Below are positions 9,187 to 18,725 of a stretch of DNA of 64,000 nucleotides, piece after piece. A program made the position numbers and the translations under genes. Position 1 is the first letter of the stretch; every line of letters begins with the position of its first letter. A model generated the notes under the pieces. It was given only the letters and a program-made list of their open reading frames with translations. It had not been told where the DNA came from and did no database searches. Source of the stretch: a virus; IMG/VR virus record IMGVR_UViG_3300037245_000806, positions 1-64,000 of that record. The stretch is one strand, 5' to 3'.

Positions 9187-9292
9187 ACGGCCTCCTCAAC
9201 CCACTTTGCAGCCCCATAGAGCTGTTTTTAGCGGAAATCCGGCCCCCAGCTGCCTGACGCCCTGAATCGCGCTCGTAGCGTCCTGACGCCTC

Positions 9293-9514
9293 TCAGCACA
9301 TCGACTGAGCGACCATGATGCTGGCTTCCTTCTCAGTCACGCCGAGGCGCTTGTTCAACCGGCGCACGATGCTCGGCCTGTTCTCCACGGGCGAGCAATC
9401 GTAATCCTCGACAGGCCTGAAGCCGCTAGTGCCAGCCTCCACGATGACCACCCGACCCTCGTGTTCGCCCGGCCCTGAATGAACCGCGTATGCGACCTTG
9501 GACTTCGCCATCAC
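9293..9514 (-). CDS. hypothetical protein
   Basis: overlaps upstream stop, GGAGG RBS. Confidence 0.6.
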   Translation of the reverse strand: MMAKSKVAYAVHSGPGEHEGRVVIVEAGTSGFRPVEDYDCSPVENRPSIVRRLNKRLGVTEKEASIMVAQSMC

Positions 9515-9747
9515 GTCCTCCCGTTCCAGAAACCGAAGAGCTTCTCCTTATCGTGGTGCGGGCCTGAGACCTTCGGCCTGACCTCGCACGTCGCGCTATG
9601 GCACCCAACGAAGTACCAGCGCACCGTCCCATTGCGGAAGCCCGTGAGCCCGAGCGTTGTCGGAACGTCACGCGTAGTAACCTTCCCCTCCCCTCCGCAG
9701 AAGGGGCAAGGCTTCAGCGTCACCGACTTGAGCTTCAGAAAATTCAC
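9511..9747 (-). CDS. Lar-family restriction-alleviation-like Zn-finger protein
   Basis: LKPCPFCGG...V.C...C...WNGR. Confidence 0.75.
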   Translation of the reverse strand: MNFLKLKSVTLKPCPFCGGEGKVTTRDVPTTLGLTGFRNGTVRWYFVGCHSATCEVRPKVSGPHHDKEKLFGFWNGRT

Positions 9748-9759
9748 GTCCAGCCCCCA

Positions 9760-10014
9760 TCAGCATGAGAAGAGCATGTGCTTGTGCGTCTCAGGCTTGT
9801 CGTCGCACGGGCACGGATTCGCCTCGCCGTTCTTGAACGTCCCGTCGTGCAAGGTCCACCGCGTAGGCACCGAAAGTATTTCCGAGTTGACCCGGTCCTC
9901 CGCTTCCTCCGGTGAGAGCGACGTACACACCGAGCAAAAGCAAAGCCCGGAGTTATAGATCACGAACTCATCCGCCTTCTTGTTGTCCTTCGCCTGCGCT
10001 TCTGCCCCCGTCAT
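9760..10014 (-). CDS. Cys/His-rich hypothetical protein
   Basis: CSVC, PCPC, HKH...C; ATGA overlap. Confidence 0.65.
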   Translation of the reverse strand: MTGAEAQAKDNKKADEFVIYNSGLCFCSVCTSLSPEEAEDRVNSEILSVPTRWTLHDGTFKNGEANPCPCDDKPETHKHMLFSC

Positions 10015-10319
10015 GGCGTTTCCTTTTCTAGAGTCACCCTGTGACTCGGCACGAATGCCTCACACCGGTTGAAGGCCAACAGCGTGAACGCGCGCTTGTA
10101 CGCTATGTCGAGTCCCCGGAACCAGCTTGCGAAGTCGGCTTGCATCGCCGTCCAGTTTTTGAAGGCTGGGCAGTCGTCCCGGTCGGCAAGGACCAGCGGG
10201 GTGTCGTCCTCGGGGAAGAGCCTCTTGCTGAACTCCTCGAAGCTGATGCCCTTCGCCGTCGAGCATACCATATCGACAAGTTGAACCATCTCCTGCAAGG
10301 GCAGTTGAATCTTCTCCAT
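10011..10319 (-). CDS. hypothetical protein
   Basis: ATG 10319 with GAGGAGG RBS. Confidence 0.65.
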   Translation of the reverse strand: MEKIQLPLQEMVQLVDMVCSTAKGISFEEFSKRLFPEDDTPLVLADRDDCPAFKNWTAMQADFASWFRGLDIAYKRAFTLLAFNRCEAFVPSHRVTLEKETP

Positions 10320-10330
10320 GTCAGGCCTCC

Positions 10331-10666
10331 TCAGTTCAGCAACCACGGCGGCGTCCGCGTAGTTGGCGCGTCTTCACCCTCGTCTTCGTCACTGTCGTCT
10401 TCCACGTCCGGGCCGATGCACTCCGCGCAGTCCATCGTGTCAACCAGACGCGCCATGAATTCGGCGGGGTCCATGCCAAGTTGGTGCGAAAGGCTGTACA
10501 CCACGGAGGCCACCATCTTGGACCAATTGAGCCCCTCAGGACCGCCCTGCTTTACGTCAACAGTACACCGGTCCTCTAGGAGCAACGCTATCAGCATCGG
10601 TCGCTGCTGCTGTTCCGCAAGGTCGAGAAGCTTGTCTGCCATATCCCTCAGTTCGTCAGTAGCCAT
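10331..10666 (-). CDS. hypothetical acidic protein
   Basis: 111-aa ORF in a tight operon. Confidence 0.6.
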   Translation of the reverse strand: MATDELRDMADKLLDLAEQQQRPMLIALLLEDRCTVDVKQGGPEGLNWSKMVASVVYSLSHQLGMDPAEFMARLVDTMDCAECIGPDVEDDSDEDEGEDAPTTRTPPWLLN

Positions 10667-10667
10667 A

Positions 10668-11210
10668 TTAGCTCCGTATGTCTATGGGCCTGCCGTCGCG
10701 ATGCGTGTAACGCGTCTCGCGACCTTCGCCCACCTGAACGACGTTCTCAGGCAAGAGCTTATGCGCCCGCTCTTCCCCGGACTCCCGCTTCTTCCACGCG
10801 TCAGCGAATGCAACCTCAGTACCGTCCTGAAACACATCGGAGCCACAGGAGAGGCACACGTGCCGACCGACCTCCGACGCATCCTTCAGAATGCACCACG
10901 GCTTGAGGGCGAAGAGGATGCCACATCTGCAACGTATGAACGCCACGTGGGCTTCTAGCATGTTGCGTTTGCGAGCCGTCAGGCCCAACTCGTCGCGGGG
11001 CTCCTTGGCTTCGAGTACGCTCTGGCAGACCTGCTCGACGACCCGCATGAATGACCGCGCTTCCTTGACCGTAGTCACCGCATGGGCCTTGGTGCCGGTC
11101 TCACCGTAATTGATCGTGAAGGTAACCTCACCATCCGGCCACTCCTTCTGCTCGTCCTCCGTCAAGGGGCGCACGCTCATGTACGTGCCCAACTCAGTCT
11201 GTTCCGGCAT
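10668..11210 (-). CDS. hypothetical protein with C-terminal Zn ribbon
   Basis: ATG 11210; CRCG...CLSCG. Confidence 0.65.
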   Translation of the reverse strand: MPEQTELGTYMSVRPLTEDEQKEWPDGEVTFTINYGETGTKAHAVTTVKEARSFMRVVEQVCQSVLEAKEPRDELGLTARKRNMLEAHVAFIRCRCGILFALKPWCILKDASEVGRHVCLSCGSDVFQDGTEVAFADAWKKRESGEERAHKLLPENVVQVGEGRETRYTHRDGRPIDIRS

Positions 11211-11523
11211 CTTCGACCTCTCTTCCCTTCCGTGGCGTCTTCTCCCCGCGCGCCTGATGGTCAAGGACACGCTGCGTGTCACCCTCGAATTCGACCTGAG
11301 CCCGAATAGAGGTGTCCACCTCCTGAGCCCGCGCGAGGAACAGGGCCTCCACGTTGACGTGACCCGGCTCTGGTACGTACTCGCGACCCTCACGCTTCCG
11401 CTTCTCCAAGCTCCGCGAACGCTTCCTGATATCCCGCCCGAGGCAAAGCAATACGTGCTTCACGTCCGCACCGGATAGGTCAAGAGTGACGCGCTGCTCT
11501 GCGGATTCAATGAGTTGCATCAA
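11194..11523 (-). CDS. hypothetical protein
   Basis: coupled ORF. Confidence 0.6.
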   Translation of the reverse strand: MMQLIESAEQRVTLDLSGADVKHVLLCLGRDIRKRSRSLEKRKREGREYVPEPGHVNVEALFLARAQEVDTSIRAQVEFEGDTQRVLDHQARGEKTPRKGREVEDAGTD

Positions 11524-11705
11524 TCGTTCCCTCCCATCATCGCGTGCCGCAGTCGTAGCTCAAACGGAGTCGAGTTCTCGTGCAGCCTGTCGATGATCTT
11601 CTTGAGGTCACGCTCCCCCGCCTCGTGGCAGGGAACGCACACGCTCGCGTACCGACCTTCGCCGGGTTTGAATACGTGCCCGCAGGCACCGCATGAAGAC
11701 GCCAT
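11520..11705 (-). CDS. small Zn-finger protein
   Basis: CGACG...CVPC. Confidence 0.6.
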   Translation of the reverse strand: MASSCGACGHVFKPGEGRYASVCVPCHEAGERDLKKIIDRLHENSTPFELRLRHAMMGGND

Positions 11706-11706
11706 T

Positions 11707-12000
11707 CTAGTGCTCCATCTCAGCTGCGGCCTTCACTGCGAGGAAGCCCGTGCTTCCATCGTTGTCGTCTAGCATGCCCTTGCGGTACATGTCCACCATG
11801 AATTTCCACGACCATCGGCGGCGATGCTTGAGCACGCGACGACTCTTGGGGTCTTCCGACTTGCACACGTCAATAGCCGTCTTGAGCGACCGGATGGCAA
11901 TCTTGGGGAACCCGTCCCGTATGGCATACCCGGCTGTCGCCATCCAGTATTCGACAGACGAGGCACGCTGTTTCTTGAAGCCTGTTCGTAGCCCTGCCAT
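11707..12000 (-). CDS. hypothetical protein
   Basis: ATG 12000 directly after the upstream stop. Confidence 0.6.
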   Translation of the reverse strand: MAGLRTGFKKQRASSVEYWMATAGYAIRDGFPKIAIRSLKTAIDVCKSEDPKSRRVLKHRRRWSWKFMVDMYRKGMLDDNDGSTGFLAVKAAAEMEH

Positions 12001-12002
12001 CG

Positions 12003-12341
12003 CTATACCCCGCATCCAGCTGCTGCCTTGCGCTCTTCCATCACGCGCGTGACCTCCTCGAAGTCAGCGCTCTTCAGTCTAACGCCCCAACGCTGCCCGG
12101 CGAGCTTCTTGCGCTCGGCTCTGTCATGCACGGCCTGCCTCACGCTATAGAAGCATGTCGTTCTCGGGCCAACGGATACACGCTCGTCAGTGCCCATCAA
12201 CAGAAACCGTTTCCGGCGACTCAAGACGGGATACTGCCGACCGTACCACTGCTCCGTGAACCCGGCGAAGCAGTAGCCACCGCGCACGAGCATTCGTGAC
12301 ACGGTGTTGACGATCTTAGCGTTTGCCTTACTCCGGGCCAT
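12003..12341 (-). CDS. hypothetical basic protein
   Basis: 112-aa coupled ORF. Confidence 0.6.
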   Translation of the reverse strand: MARSKANAKIVNTVSRMLVRGGYCFAGFTEQWYGRQYPVLSRRKRFLLMGTDERVSVGPRTTCFYSVRQAVHDRAERKKLAGQRWGVRLKSADFEEVTRVMEERKAAAGCGV

Positions 12342-12879
12342 CAGCCTTGCCCTTCGCGTCGAGCTTCTTCTCCTGCTCCTTGAGCTTCTCGACCCAAGCT
12401 TTGAACTTGAAGAGGTGATTCTGTATGACCATCACGCAGTGTACGGCCCCGGCCTCACTCGCCACCGCTGAGAGCGCCCACAAGCGCTGCTCGAAATGCT
12501 GCGGCGGCATCGGGCCATGCAACACCTGATCGAACCACACGCCGATCAACGTGACGTAAATGGGTTCGAGGAGTTCCGACGGAATGTGATACCCGCCGTT
12601 CGTGCGCATGGTGTACGACTCCTTCGCGGGCGCGGCCTGCTTCGATGCAACCGTGAGTTCCAAGCCCTCGTACTCGTTCATCAGCTTGCGAACACCGCGC
12701 TTCGTAGCAGCCCTCCACGCGGCGCGCTCCATGTCGCTGTCGCCCGGCGCAGCGTCCGCGCTGTTATCGAAGAGTGCGACGGCGTTGCGCAGAATGTCGT
12801 CGCGGTCGAACCTGAGCACCTTCCGGTCGTGCTCAGGCCCCCACTTGTACTCTATGAACGCCTTGACTTCGTCGGCCAC
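12328..12879 (-). CDS. hypothetical protein
   Basis: GTG 12879 with GGAGGAG RBS. Confidence 0.7.
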   Translation of the reverse strand: MADEVKAFIEYKWGPEHDRKVLRFDRDDILRNAVALFDNSADAAPGDSDMERAAWRAATKRGVRKLMNEYEGLELTVASKQAAPAKESYTMRTNGGYHIPSELLEPIYVTLIGVWFDQVLHGPMPPQHFEQRLWALSAVASEAGAVHCVMVIQNHLFKFKAWVEKLKEQEKKLDAKGKADGPE

Positions 12880-12901
12880 GGTAATTCTCCTCCGGTATTG
12901 T

Positions 12902-12914
12902 TGACACAGTGTTA
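12902..12914. promoter_or_regulatory. palindromic operator-like site 4 (TGACACAGTGTTA)
   Basis: overlaps stop of 12912..13838. Confidence 0.75.
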
Positions 12915-13838
12915 CGACTTCTTCCAAGTGCCGTTCTCATTGATATGCGCGTCGGCGAGCGCCCGGAGCCTCTTGTCCAACTCGGCCCAATCGGTGCCTT
13001 GGAGCTTGCGGAGGGTCTTGGCGTCGGCAGTGAGCTTCTCGATCTTGTCGAGCACCTTGTCGAGATTCATGCCGATCTGCGTGGGCCACTGGCTGGCGTC
13101 AGGGTTCAGCGTGAATGGCCTGAACTCGCTGAAGGGGTTGTTCGTGTTCTTGTCGTGGACGTGGATATACGCGGCTTCGTCATGTGTGATGACGTCGAGG
13201 TTGGCAAGCTCAAGTCCGAGATTCGCGTGCATCATCCGCCGGGTCAGTACATCGTAGGCCTGCGCTTCAATCGCCGTGATGAGCTTGTGACTCACCACGA
13301 TGACAATGCAGCGATGCGACACAGCGTGCTCACACTCGGAGTACCACGTGTCGCGGGCGGTATGGCACGACTCGGGATTGAAGCCTTCCCAGCGGGTACC
13401 TGTACGCAGGAGCGCTTCGTTCTCGGTGTCAATGTCGGGCTTGCCTTTGTACTCCTCCTTGTCAACGGTGAACAGCGCGTACTCAGACGTGCCCCGCTGG
13501 ATAATCCACTTCTGGAACTCCACCGGGAGGTCGCGGAAGACGATAGCGGGCAGCCCGCGCAACGCCCACGCCTGTTCGAGTTTTGGATCGCTCTCAGGGT
13601 AACTGTCGAAGGCCTTGTCTGTCGCGAAGACCTTGTGCGCGCCGTCGTCGTTTGTGGCGAGGCCTTCCGCGATAGCCCACTTGTGGAGTGTGCCATGCTT
13701 CCGGCCATCGGGCTCGACCATGCCGATACATACGACGCGCTGCGAACCATACAGCTTGTCGTCGATCACGGCCTGCGCCAGTGCGTCCCGCAACTTCTCC
13801 TTCTTCGCTTCGAGCGTCTCGTCGGTTTTGTGAGCCAT
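12912..13838 (-). CDS. hypothetical protein, first gene of the accessory operon
   Basis: ATG 13838 with AGGGGAG RBS. Confidence 0.75.
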   Translation of the reverse strand: MAHKTDETLEAKKEKLRDALAQAVIDDKLYGSQRVVCIGMVEPDGRKHGTLHKWAIAEGLATNDDGAHKVFATDKAFDSYPESDPKLEQAWALRGLPAIVFRDLPVEFQKWIIQRGTSEYALFTVDKEEYKGKPDIDTENEALLRTGTRWEGFNPESCHTARDTWYSECEHAVSHRCIVIVVSHKLITAIEAQAYDVLTRRMMHANLGLELANLDVITHDEAAYIHVHDKNTNNPFSEFRPFTLNPDASQWPTQIGMNLDKVLDKIEKLTADAKTLRKLQGTDWAELDKRLRALADAHINENGTWKKS

Positions 13839-13899
13839 GTTTGGCTCCCCTTTCGTTCCCGTCTCTGTGCGTCCCCTTGCTCCTTTACTTATCGGGAGG

Positions 13900-13927
13900 A
13901 TTATGCCTCGCCTTAACACAATGTCAA
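13900..13927 (-). promoter_or_regulatory. sigma70-like promoter with operator site 5 (13914-13926) overlapping -35
   Basis: TTGACA-16-CATAAT; A-tract upstream; TAACACAATGTCA. Confidence 0.7.
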
Positions 13928-13984
13928 GGATAAATCACGCGTAATGCGCAATTTTTTTCAGGGGGTCACACAGCTTGGTGGCAC

Positions 13985-14605
13985 CTATTGAAGGAGGAGT
14001 AGTATCGGCTCGATGGACCGAGGTGTGAGCCCGGCGGGCAGGAGTTGCACGGGGACCGGGAGGAACGCGGGACAGTCGATCTCTTGGTCCAGCAAATTCT
14101 CACGCTCTTTAAGGAGGGCCTCATAGGTTGCGATGGCACCAGCATGCTCCTCGCGGACCTGCTCAGCCTTCTCATCGAACGCGGCCTGCGACTCGGTGGG
14201 TATCACGTACCGCCCGTCAGTCTGTACCGGAACGCCCTTGTCGTCCTTCGCTGCGAACTCCTTGCAAAGAGCCTCGCGTTCCACGTCGTAGTCTTTGTAC
14301 TCTGGGGTCGGTTCGGCGGCGTTGTCGATCTCGACAACCACGGGCTGCAACAGCTGCCGGTTAAAGGCGACACGATGCGCGAACATGGCGTTCTCGGCAG
14401 GCACATCCATGAACGCATCGAGGCACTTCCTTATATCAAGGAGTCTTTGCCGCGTCAGCTTCTCGGGTCTCGGATTCCGGGCGTTCTGCATCGCTTCCAT
14501 CGCAGCTGCGCGTGCGACCGGCGGGAGTACCGCAAGCGCCTTGTGGATGTCGCTTCTCGGTGTGCCCCGAGGCTTCGACTTGCCCTGTCCTGTCTTACCG
14601 GCCAT
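13985..14605 (-). CDS. hypothetical protein at end of structural operon
   Basis: 206-aa ORF, AAGGAG RBS. Confidence 0.7.
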   Translation of the reverse strand: MAGKTGQGKSKPRGTPRSDIHKALAVLPPVARAAAMEAMQNARNPRPEKLTRQRLLDIRKCLDAFMDVPAENAMFAHRVAFNRQLLQPVVVEIDNAAEPTPEYKDYDVEREALCKEFAAKDDKGVPVQTDGRYVIPTESQAAFDEKAEQVREEHAGAIATYEALLKERENLLDQEIDCPAFLPVPVQLLPAGLTPRSIEPILLLLQ

Positions 14606-15083
14606 TTGAATCTCCTTCGCTTGTGTAACCGTATTGGATGTTGTGTGCCCGCGCGGCTGTGTTGTACTTCAGGACTCGGGTGTCGAGCGTGTTTGCATAC
14701 GTAGCCAAGATGGTCTCACGCGGTGTGAAGTCCTTTGGCTCCGCAGGGAGTGTCGGACAGACGGGCACGTCAATGGTGAGCCACTCGCCCTCGATGGTCA
14801 CGTACTTGGTGAAGAGGCATCCGGGCAGTACGAGGCACAGGAGGAGGAGAAGGCCCGCACCCCTGAGGCGGGCCTTCTCATTCCACGCTGCTGCGGTCGA
14901 AATGACCGCGTCGGGTATGGCTGCGTTGACCTCGCGCTCGATGCGGTCGATCATCTTCATGGATTCCATCTTGGCTGCCATCGCCTTCGCTTCCCACTCA
15001 GCCGCTTCTCTTCGCTCCCCATCATACCAGAGCTTGAAATAGCTGAGCACGGCTTTGACGATAGCGCCGATGACGGTCTCCAT
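14595..15083 (-). CDS. spanin-like membrane protein with internal lipobox
   Basis: N-terminal hydrophobic helix, charged helix, RLRGAGLLLLLCLVLPGC, then Pro-rich segment. Confidence 0.5.
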   Translation of the reverse strand: METVIGAIVKAVLSYFKLWYDGERREAAEWEAKAMAAKMESMKMIDRIEREVNAAIPDAVISTAAAWNEKARLRGAGLLLLLCLVLPGCLFTKYVTIEGEWLTIDVPVCPTLPAEPKDFTPRETILATYANTLDTRVLKYNTAARAHNIQYGYTSEGDSNGR

Positions 15084-15088
15084 GGGGG

Positions 15089-15808
15089 TTATGCTCCGTC
15101 CGTGTCAGGCTCGGTGACGACCTCAGCGGAAGGCACCGGGGGCGTCGTGATACCGTCGCTCTCAGGCGTCTCGCCCTTGAGCCACTTGGTGCGCACGTAG
15201 TCCACGCCCTTCGCCACGAGCCAGTTCGAGTATTTCTCCTCGGCGAGCGTCACAGCCGTTTCCTTGCCGGGGAACGGTGAGACATTGTCAGCCGCCCACC
15301 TGATTGCCTGATCGAGGTACGCGTCACCGACAAGCTCGACGATATCGAGGCCCTGCGTCTTGAAGTATGCCTTCGCGGAGTTCTTTGCTTCCATGCCCCA
15401 CTTCTTGAGTTCCGCCTTGATGTCAGAGGCATCCATATCGCCCGCGAGTATTTGCGGCAGGAGGGCCGGTAGCTTCTTCTCCATGGTCGTTGCACAGAAG
15501 TCGATCAGGAACCGTTTCAGGTCGATGGTGAGGATATGCCTCGCGTTGACGCCATGCACCAGACCCTCGGCCTTGAGCTTCACGGCTTCCGCCTTGGCTG
15601 CCGCCGCCTTGCGCGCGAGGTATGGCGTTGCAAAGGCGGTGATGACCAGCATGAGGACGACCTCGACAATCTGCGCCCACAGCGGTTGCCCCGCAGGAGG
15701 TACAGGCATTGCCGTGGCTTCCGCCGCGAGCACCATGCCGGGGACCGTCACGACAGCGAGCACCGCACACAGGGCACTCAATACAGCAAATCTCCATCTC
15801 CGCATCAT
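15089..15808 (-). CDS. membrane protein, possible holin-like
   Basis: signal peptide-like MMRRWRFAVL..VLA-A, one further TM helix, position after fibre genes. Confidence 0.45.
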   Translation of the reverse strand: MMRRWRFAVLSALCAVLAVVTVPGMVLAAEATAMPVPPAGQPLWAQIVEVVLMLVITAFATPYLARKAAAAKAEAVKLKAEGLVHGVNARHILTIDLKRFLIDFCATTMEKKLPALLPQILAGDMDASDIKAELKKWGMEAKNSAKAYFKTQGLDIVELVGDAYLDQAIRWAADNVSPFPGKETAVTLAEEKYSNWLVAKGVDYVRTKWLKGETPESDGITTPPVPSAEVVTEPDTDGA

Positions 15809-15850
15809 CACATCCCCCTTCCAGAGGTCTCGTAGTCGTATCACGCGAGA

Positions 15851-15879
15851 ATTGTGCCCCACACAGGGGGGCATGTCAA
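15851..15879 (-). promoter_or_regulatory. sigma70-like promoter for putative lysis cassette
   Basis: TTGACA-17-CACAAT. Confidence 0.6.
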
Positions 15880-15915
15880 GGCAATTCAGTGAGCTTTTTG
15901 ACCCGTCACGCGAGG

Positions 15916-16476
15916 CTATCGGGGGTCCACAATGGCGTCTAGCTCGGCCTTCGTGGTCGCATCCCGCACTTCCTTCTTGATTGTGCGCCCGGACTGAAGC
16001 CGATTGCGCAGCCTTGTGTTGAACGCCCGATACAGCGCGCGCAACGCAGGTTGGTCCCCGATCTCGTACTCAACGCTTTCGTCCGCAGTCGAGACCTTCG
16101 CGGGGTACGTCAGGTCGTTCATGCGCGCTTCCATGGCCACCGCGCTCAGTGTTGCCTGCGCGTTGCTTGACATGGAGAAATGGTGATCGTCGTAGTCGAA
16201 CCCCTTTGCGATGAGTTCACCGGTACGCTTGTCTATCGCTTCGTCCTTGGCTACCTTGAGCGAAGGGAGGCGCTCGGTGTCCACCACGTCCTTCTCCGCT
16301 TGGTCCATCTCGACGAGCTTGTCGTCGTCGATCTTCCAATACGCAGGGTCAACGTCCTTGATGATGTCAAGGTCCGGGTCAGCCATGAACTCGTCCGGGT
16401 TAGAGGCCACGAGCGTCGCAACATCCAAGACGGACATTGGCGTCATGTTGGACTTGTTGAAGCAGTTGATCTTCAC
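15916..16476 (-). CDS. tail fibre assembly/chaperone protein (DUF4376-like C-terminus)
   Basis: K.AK...ID...GFDY...FS...AQ pattern; follows fibre gene. Confidence 0.65.
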   Translation of the reverse strand: MKINCFNKSNMTPMSVLDVATLVASNPDEFMADPDLDIIKDVDPAYWKIDDDKLVEMDQAEKDVVDTERLPSLKVAKDEAIDKRTGELIAKGFDYDDHHFSMSSNAQATLSAVAMEARMNDLTYPAKVSTADESVEYEIGDQPALRALYRAFNTRLRNRLQSGRTIKKEVRDATTKAELDAIVDPR

Positions 16477-16479
16477 GGA

Positions 16480-18714
16480 TTACCTACCCTTCGCCATAAC
16501 GCTGATAGAAAAACCGGGATTGAAACTTCCGCCTCTTTCGATCTTCCAGAAGTAGCCCCGCTGAACCGGGAACGTAATACATCCCTTGCACCCACCGCTA
16601 CTCACGCCGTCATACGCCACAAGTTTAGCCGGATCAGGTGAAGCGTCTGTGTAACCCCTTATATTGAGGTCGGTATCGCCCGACCCTTGCACCACGACGA
16701 TCAAATCACAAGGAGCCTGATATACGGTGTCAATAGCGTAGTCATCAGTCAACTCAAGGTACTTGTCATACTGCCAACCGATCCCAGACACGGGGTCTAT
16801 AATCGGTCGAGTTAGCACCTTCTTGGGGGTCGCACCTGACGCTGTAGGTCCAGACATGCTCTCATTCATGGTGATACGCATGAACACGCCACTCTCAAGA
16901 ACAGCACTCTTTACGGTGTACCTGCCCGTGTTTTCTGAACCAAGGCTCAGATAGACAGCAGAATCATCCGGCCATTCGTCCACGTCAAGACTTTCAGCGT
17001 TGTAGAGCAAGACAGAGTTGGTTGATGGTGCTTCCTCAAAAATGGCATACTCATGCGCCGGAGCCTTTGTCGTTGCACCCGCACCTTCATTGGCTGAAGG
17101 GACAAGCGTACAATCAATCACAGTACGCCCCCCGGTTAAGGTGGAACCTAGACCGCCCACTCTGTAAGACCGGTTGTTTCCAGCAACACCAGCGCCCACC
17201 ACACGAAAATAGCGGTCCTTGCTGAACGCCGCGACATGGTCACCTTCCACCGTAATCGTACTGTTGGTATTCGAGATGATGTAAACTCTGGTGAAAAGAT
17301 CATCCTCGTAACGCAAGTCGCTAATCTGCCAGTCGGTCAGCGTGGCCTGATAGTGGAAGAGACCATAGACAATCGGCGCGCCCCTAGTACCAATCGCAGT
17401 AATGCGCGAAATACGCGGACCTGTGACATCCATGCTCAGTGGACCAACAACTGGACGCCACTTGTTCGAGGTCGATGTTGCTATTATGTCATCGACTTCC
17501 GCCCAACTGCCAACATAGATCATGGGCTGATCAAGGCCAACGAAGATCACAGACGTTGTGAGACCGCAAGAAAGAAGCTTCGCAGAAGCATTGACGTAGG
17601 CGTAGGTTACGCCAGAAAAATGAATGTCCCGCGCTGTGGCGTAATTATCTAATGTGAGGGAGCCCGTCATAGTAATCGTCGGTCTACCGACTCCGATGAG
17701 ATGGATATTGTGCGCCACACTGATATTGCCCGCCGACCAAGACTGCCCACTGCGTTTCTCAAACAAGTAGACCACGCATTGACGGTCAACAGCTCTAGGC
17801 AACCCGGCGACATACGAAAGCGCGACTGCCAAGTCCGTGAAGTCACAACCGGTCTCACCAACTGTAACGGCACTCAACGCCGCGTCAGAGCTAATCTCCA
17901 ACTTGAGCTTGAGCCCCGCCGCCGCACCAAAGCCCCACTTAGCGCCGTCATACACCAGCCCTGTACCTGTGGGGGGTGCAGCAGAGTCAACCGGAATGCT
18001 CTGAAGCGCGCGTGCGTTCTGGTCGGCAGAAAGGAACGGGCGCACGTCGGTGATATCCGCCGCGTCAACGACAATCGAGCCACTGTCCTCATCGACCTTC
18101 ACGATGGCAATCATCATCTTGTCACCGGGGAACTCAGGCACTGTCCCCGGAGTTCCAGCAACACCCTGCGTTACCCCGAGTGCCCCGGCGTCATTGATAT
18201 GCACGAGGTCGTAGCGGGTCTCACCGCCGCCAACAAGCGTCGTGATCTGCACGGAGTCGCCCGCGAAGCTCACGTATCCCGTACCAGCGGTTTTCTGATA
18301 GCGACCGGCGGCAACCTGAACGTAATCGTCGGGCGTCCCCGTTGGGGTCGGCCACAGGTCATTCGTAGCACCGACCTGATCCTTGCGGACTGCATCGCTG
18401 TCGGCTGTCCCGGCGGCAAGGCCAGTGATCTTCTTCGCACCCATCTTGAGGTCAGCGAGCATCGCCTGCACGCCGTCACGGGGGAGGAAGAGGACTTTTG
18501 AGTCCGCAGCACCGGTTGAGATCGCGTTGCTGTTGGCGATGAGAAGGTTCGCACGGTTATGTAGCGTGTCATCACGCTGCTTCAACGCGTCGGGCTGCCG
18601 GTTCGCCGCAGTCGGGCCAACCCGGTCAAATGAGTTGATCGGGTCGAGCGCGGGGAACGACGGGTCACCCGATGCCTCCGTGGGTATAGGGTCAATCGCT
18701 GGAAGTGTCGCCAT
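16480..18714 (-). CDS. tail fibre / receptor-binding protein
   Basis: 744 aa; KKITGLAAGTADSDAVRKDQ fibre motif, RYDLVHI..ITDVRPF, beta-rich distal part. Confidence 0.8.
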   Translation of the reverse strand: MATLPAIDPIPTEASGDPSFPALDPINSFDRVGPTAANRQPDALKQRDDTLHNRANLLIANSNAISTGAADSKVLFLPRDGVQAMLADLKMGAKKITGLAAGTADSDAVRKDQVGATNDLWPTPTGTPDDYVQVAAGRYQKTAGTGYVSFAGDSVQITTLVGGGETRYDLVHINDAGALGVTQGVAGTPGTVPEFPGDKMMIAIVKVDEDSGSIVVDAADITDVRPFLSADQNARALQSIPVDSAAPPTGTGLVYDGAKWGFGAAAGLKLKLEISSDAALSAVTVGETGCDFTDLAVALSYVAGLPRAVDRQCVVYLFEKRSGQSWSAGNISVAHNIHLIGVGRPTITMTGSLTLDNYATARDIHFSGVTYAYVNASAKLLSCGLTTSVIFVGLDQPMIYVGSWAEVDDIIATSTSNKWRPVVGPLSMDVTGPRISRITAIGTRGAPIVYGLFHYQATLTDWQISDLRYEDDLFTRVYIISNTNSTITVEGDHVAAFSKDRYFRVVGAGVAGNNRSYRVGGLGSTLTGGRTVIDCTLVPSANEGAGATTKAPAHEYAIFEEAPSTNSVLLYNAESLDVDEWPDDSAVYLSLGSENTGRYTVKSAVLESGVFMRITMNESMSGPTASGATPKKVLTRPIIDPVSGIGWQYDKYLELTDDYAIDTVYQAPCDLIVVVQGSGDTDLNIRGYTDASPDPAKLVAYDGVSSGGCKGCITFPVQRGYFWKIERGGSFNPGFSISVMAKGR

Positions 18715-18725
18715 GTCTTACCCCT

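Noticed and set aside
16480-18714. Diversity-generating retroelement or shufflon acting on the tail fibre
   Set aside because: No reverse transcriptase, template repeat, invertase or alternative cassettes seen in the window
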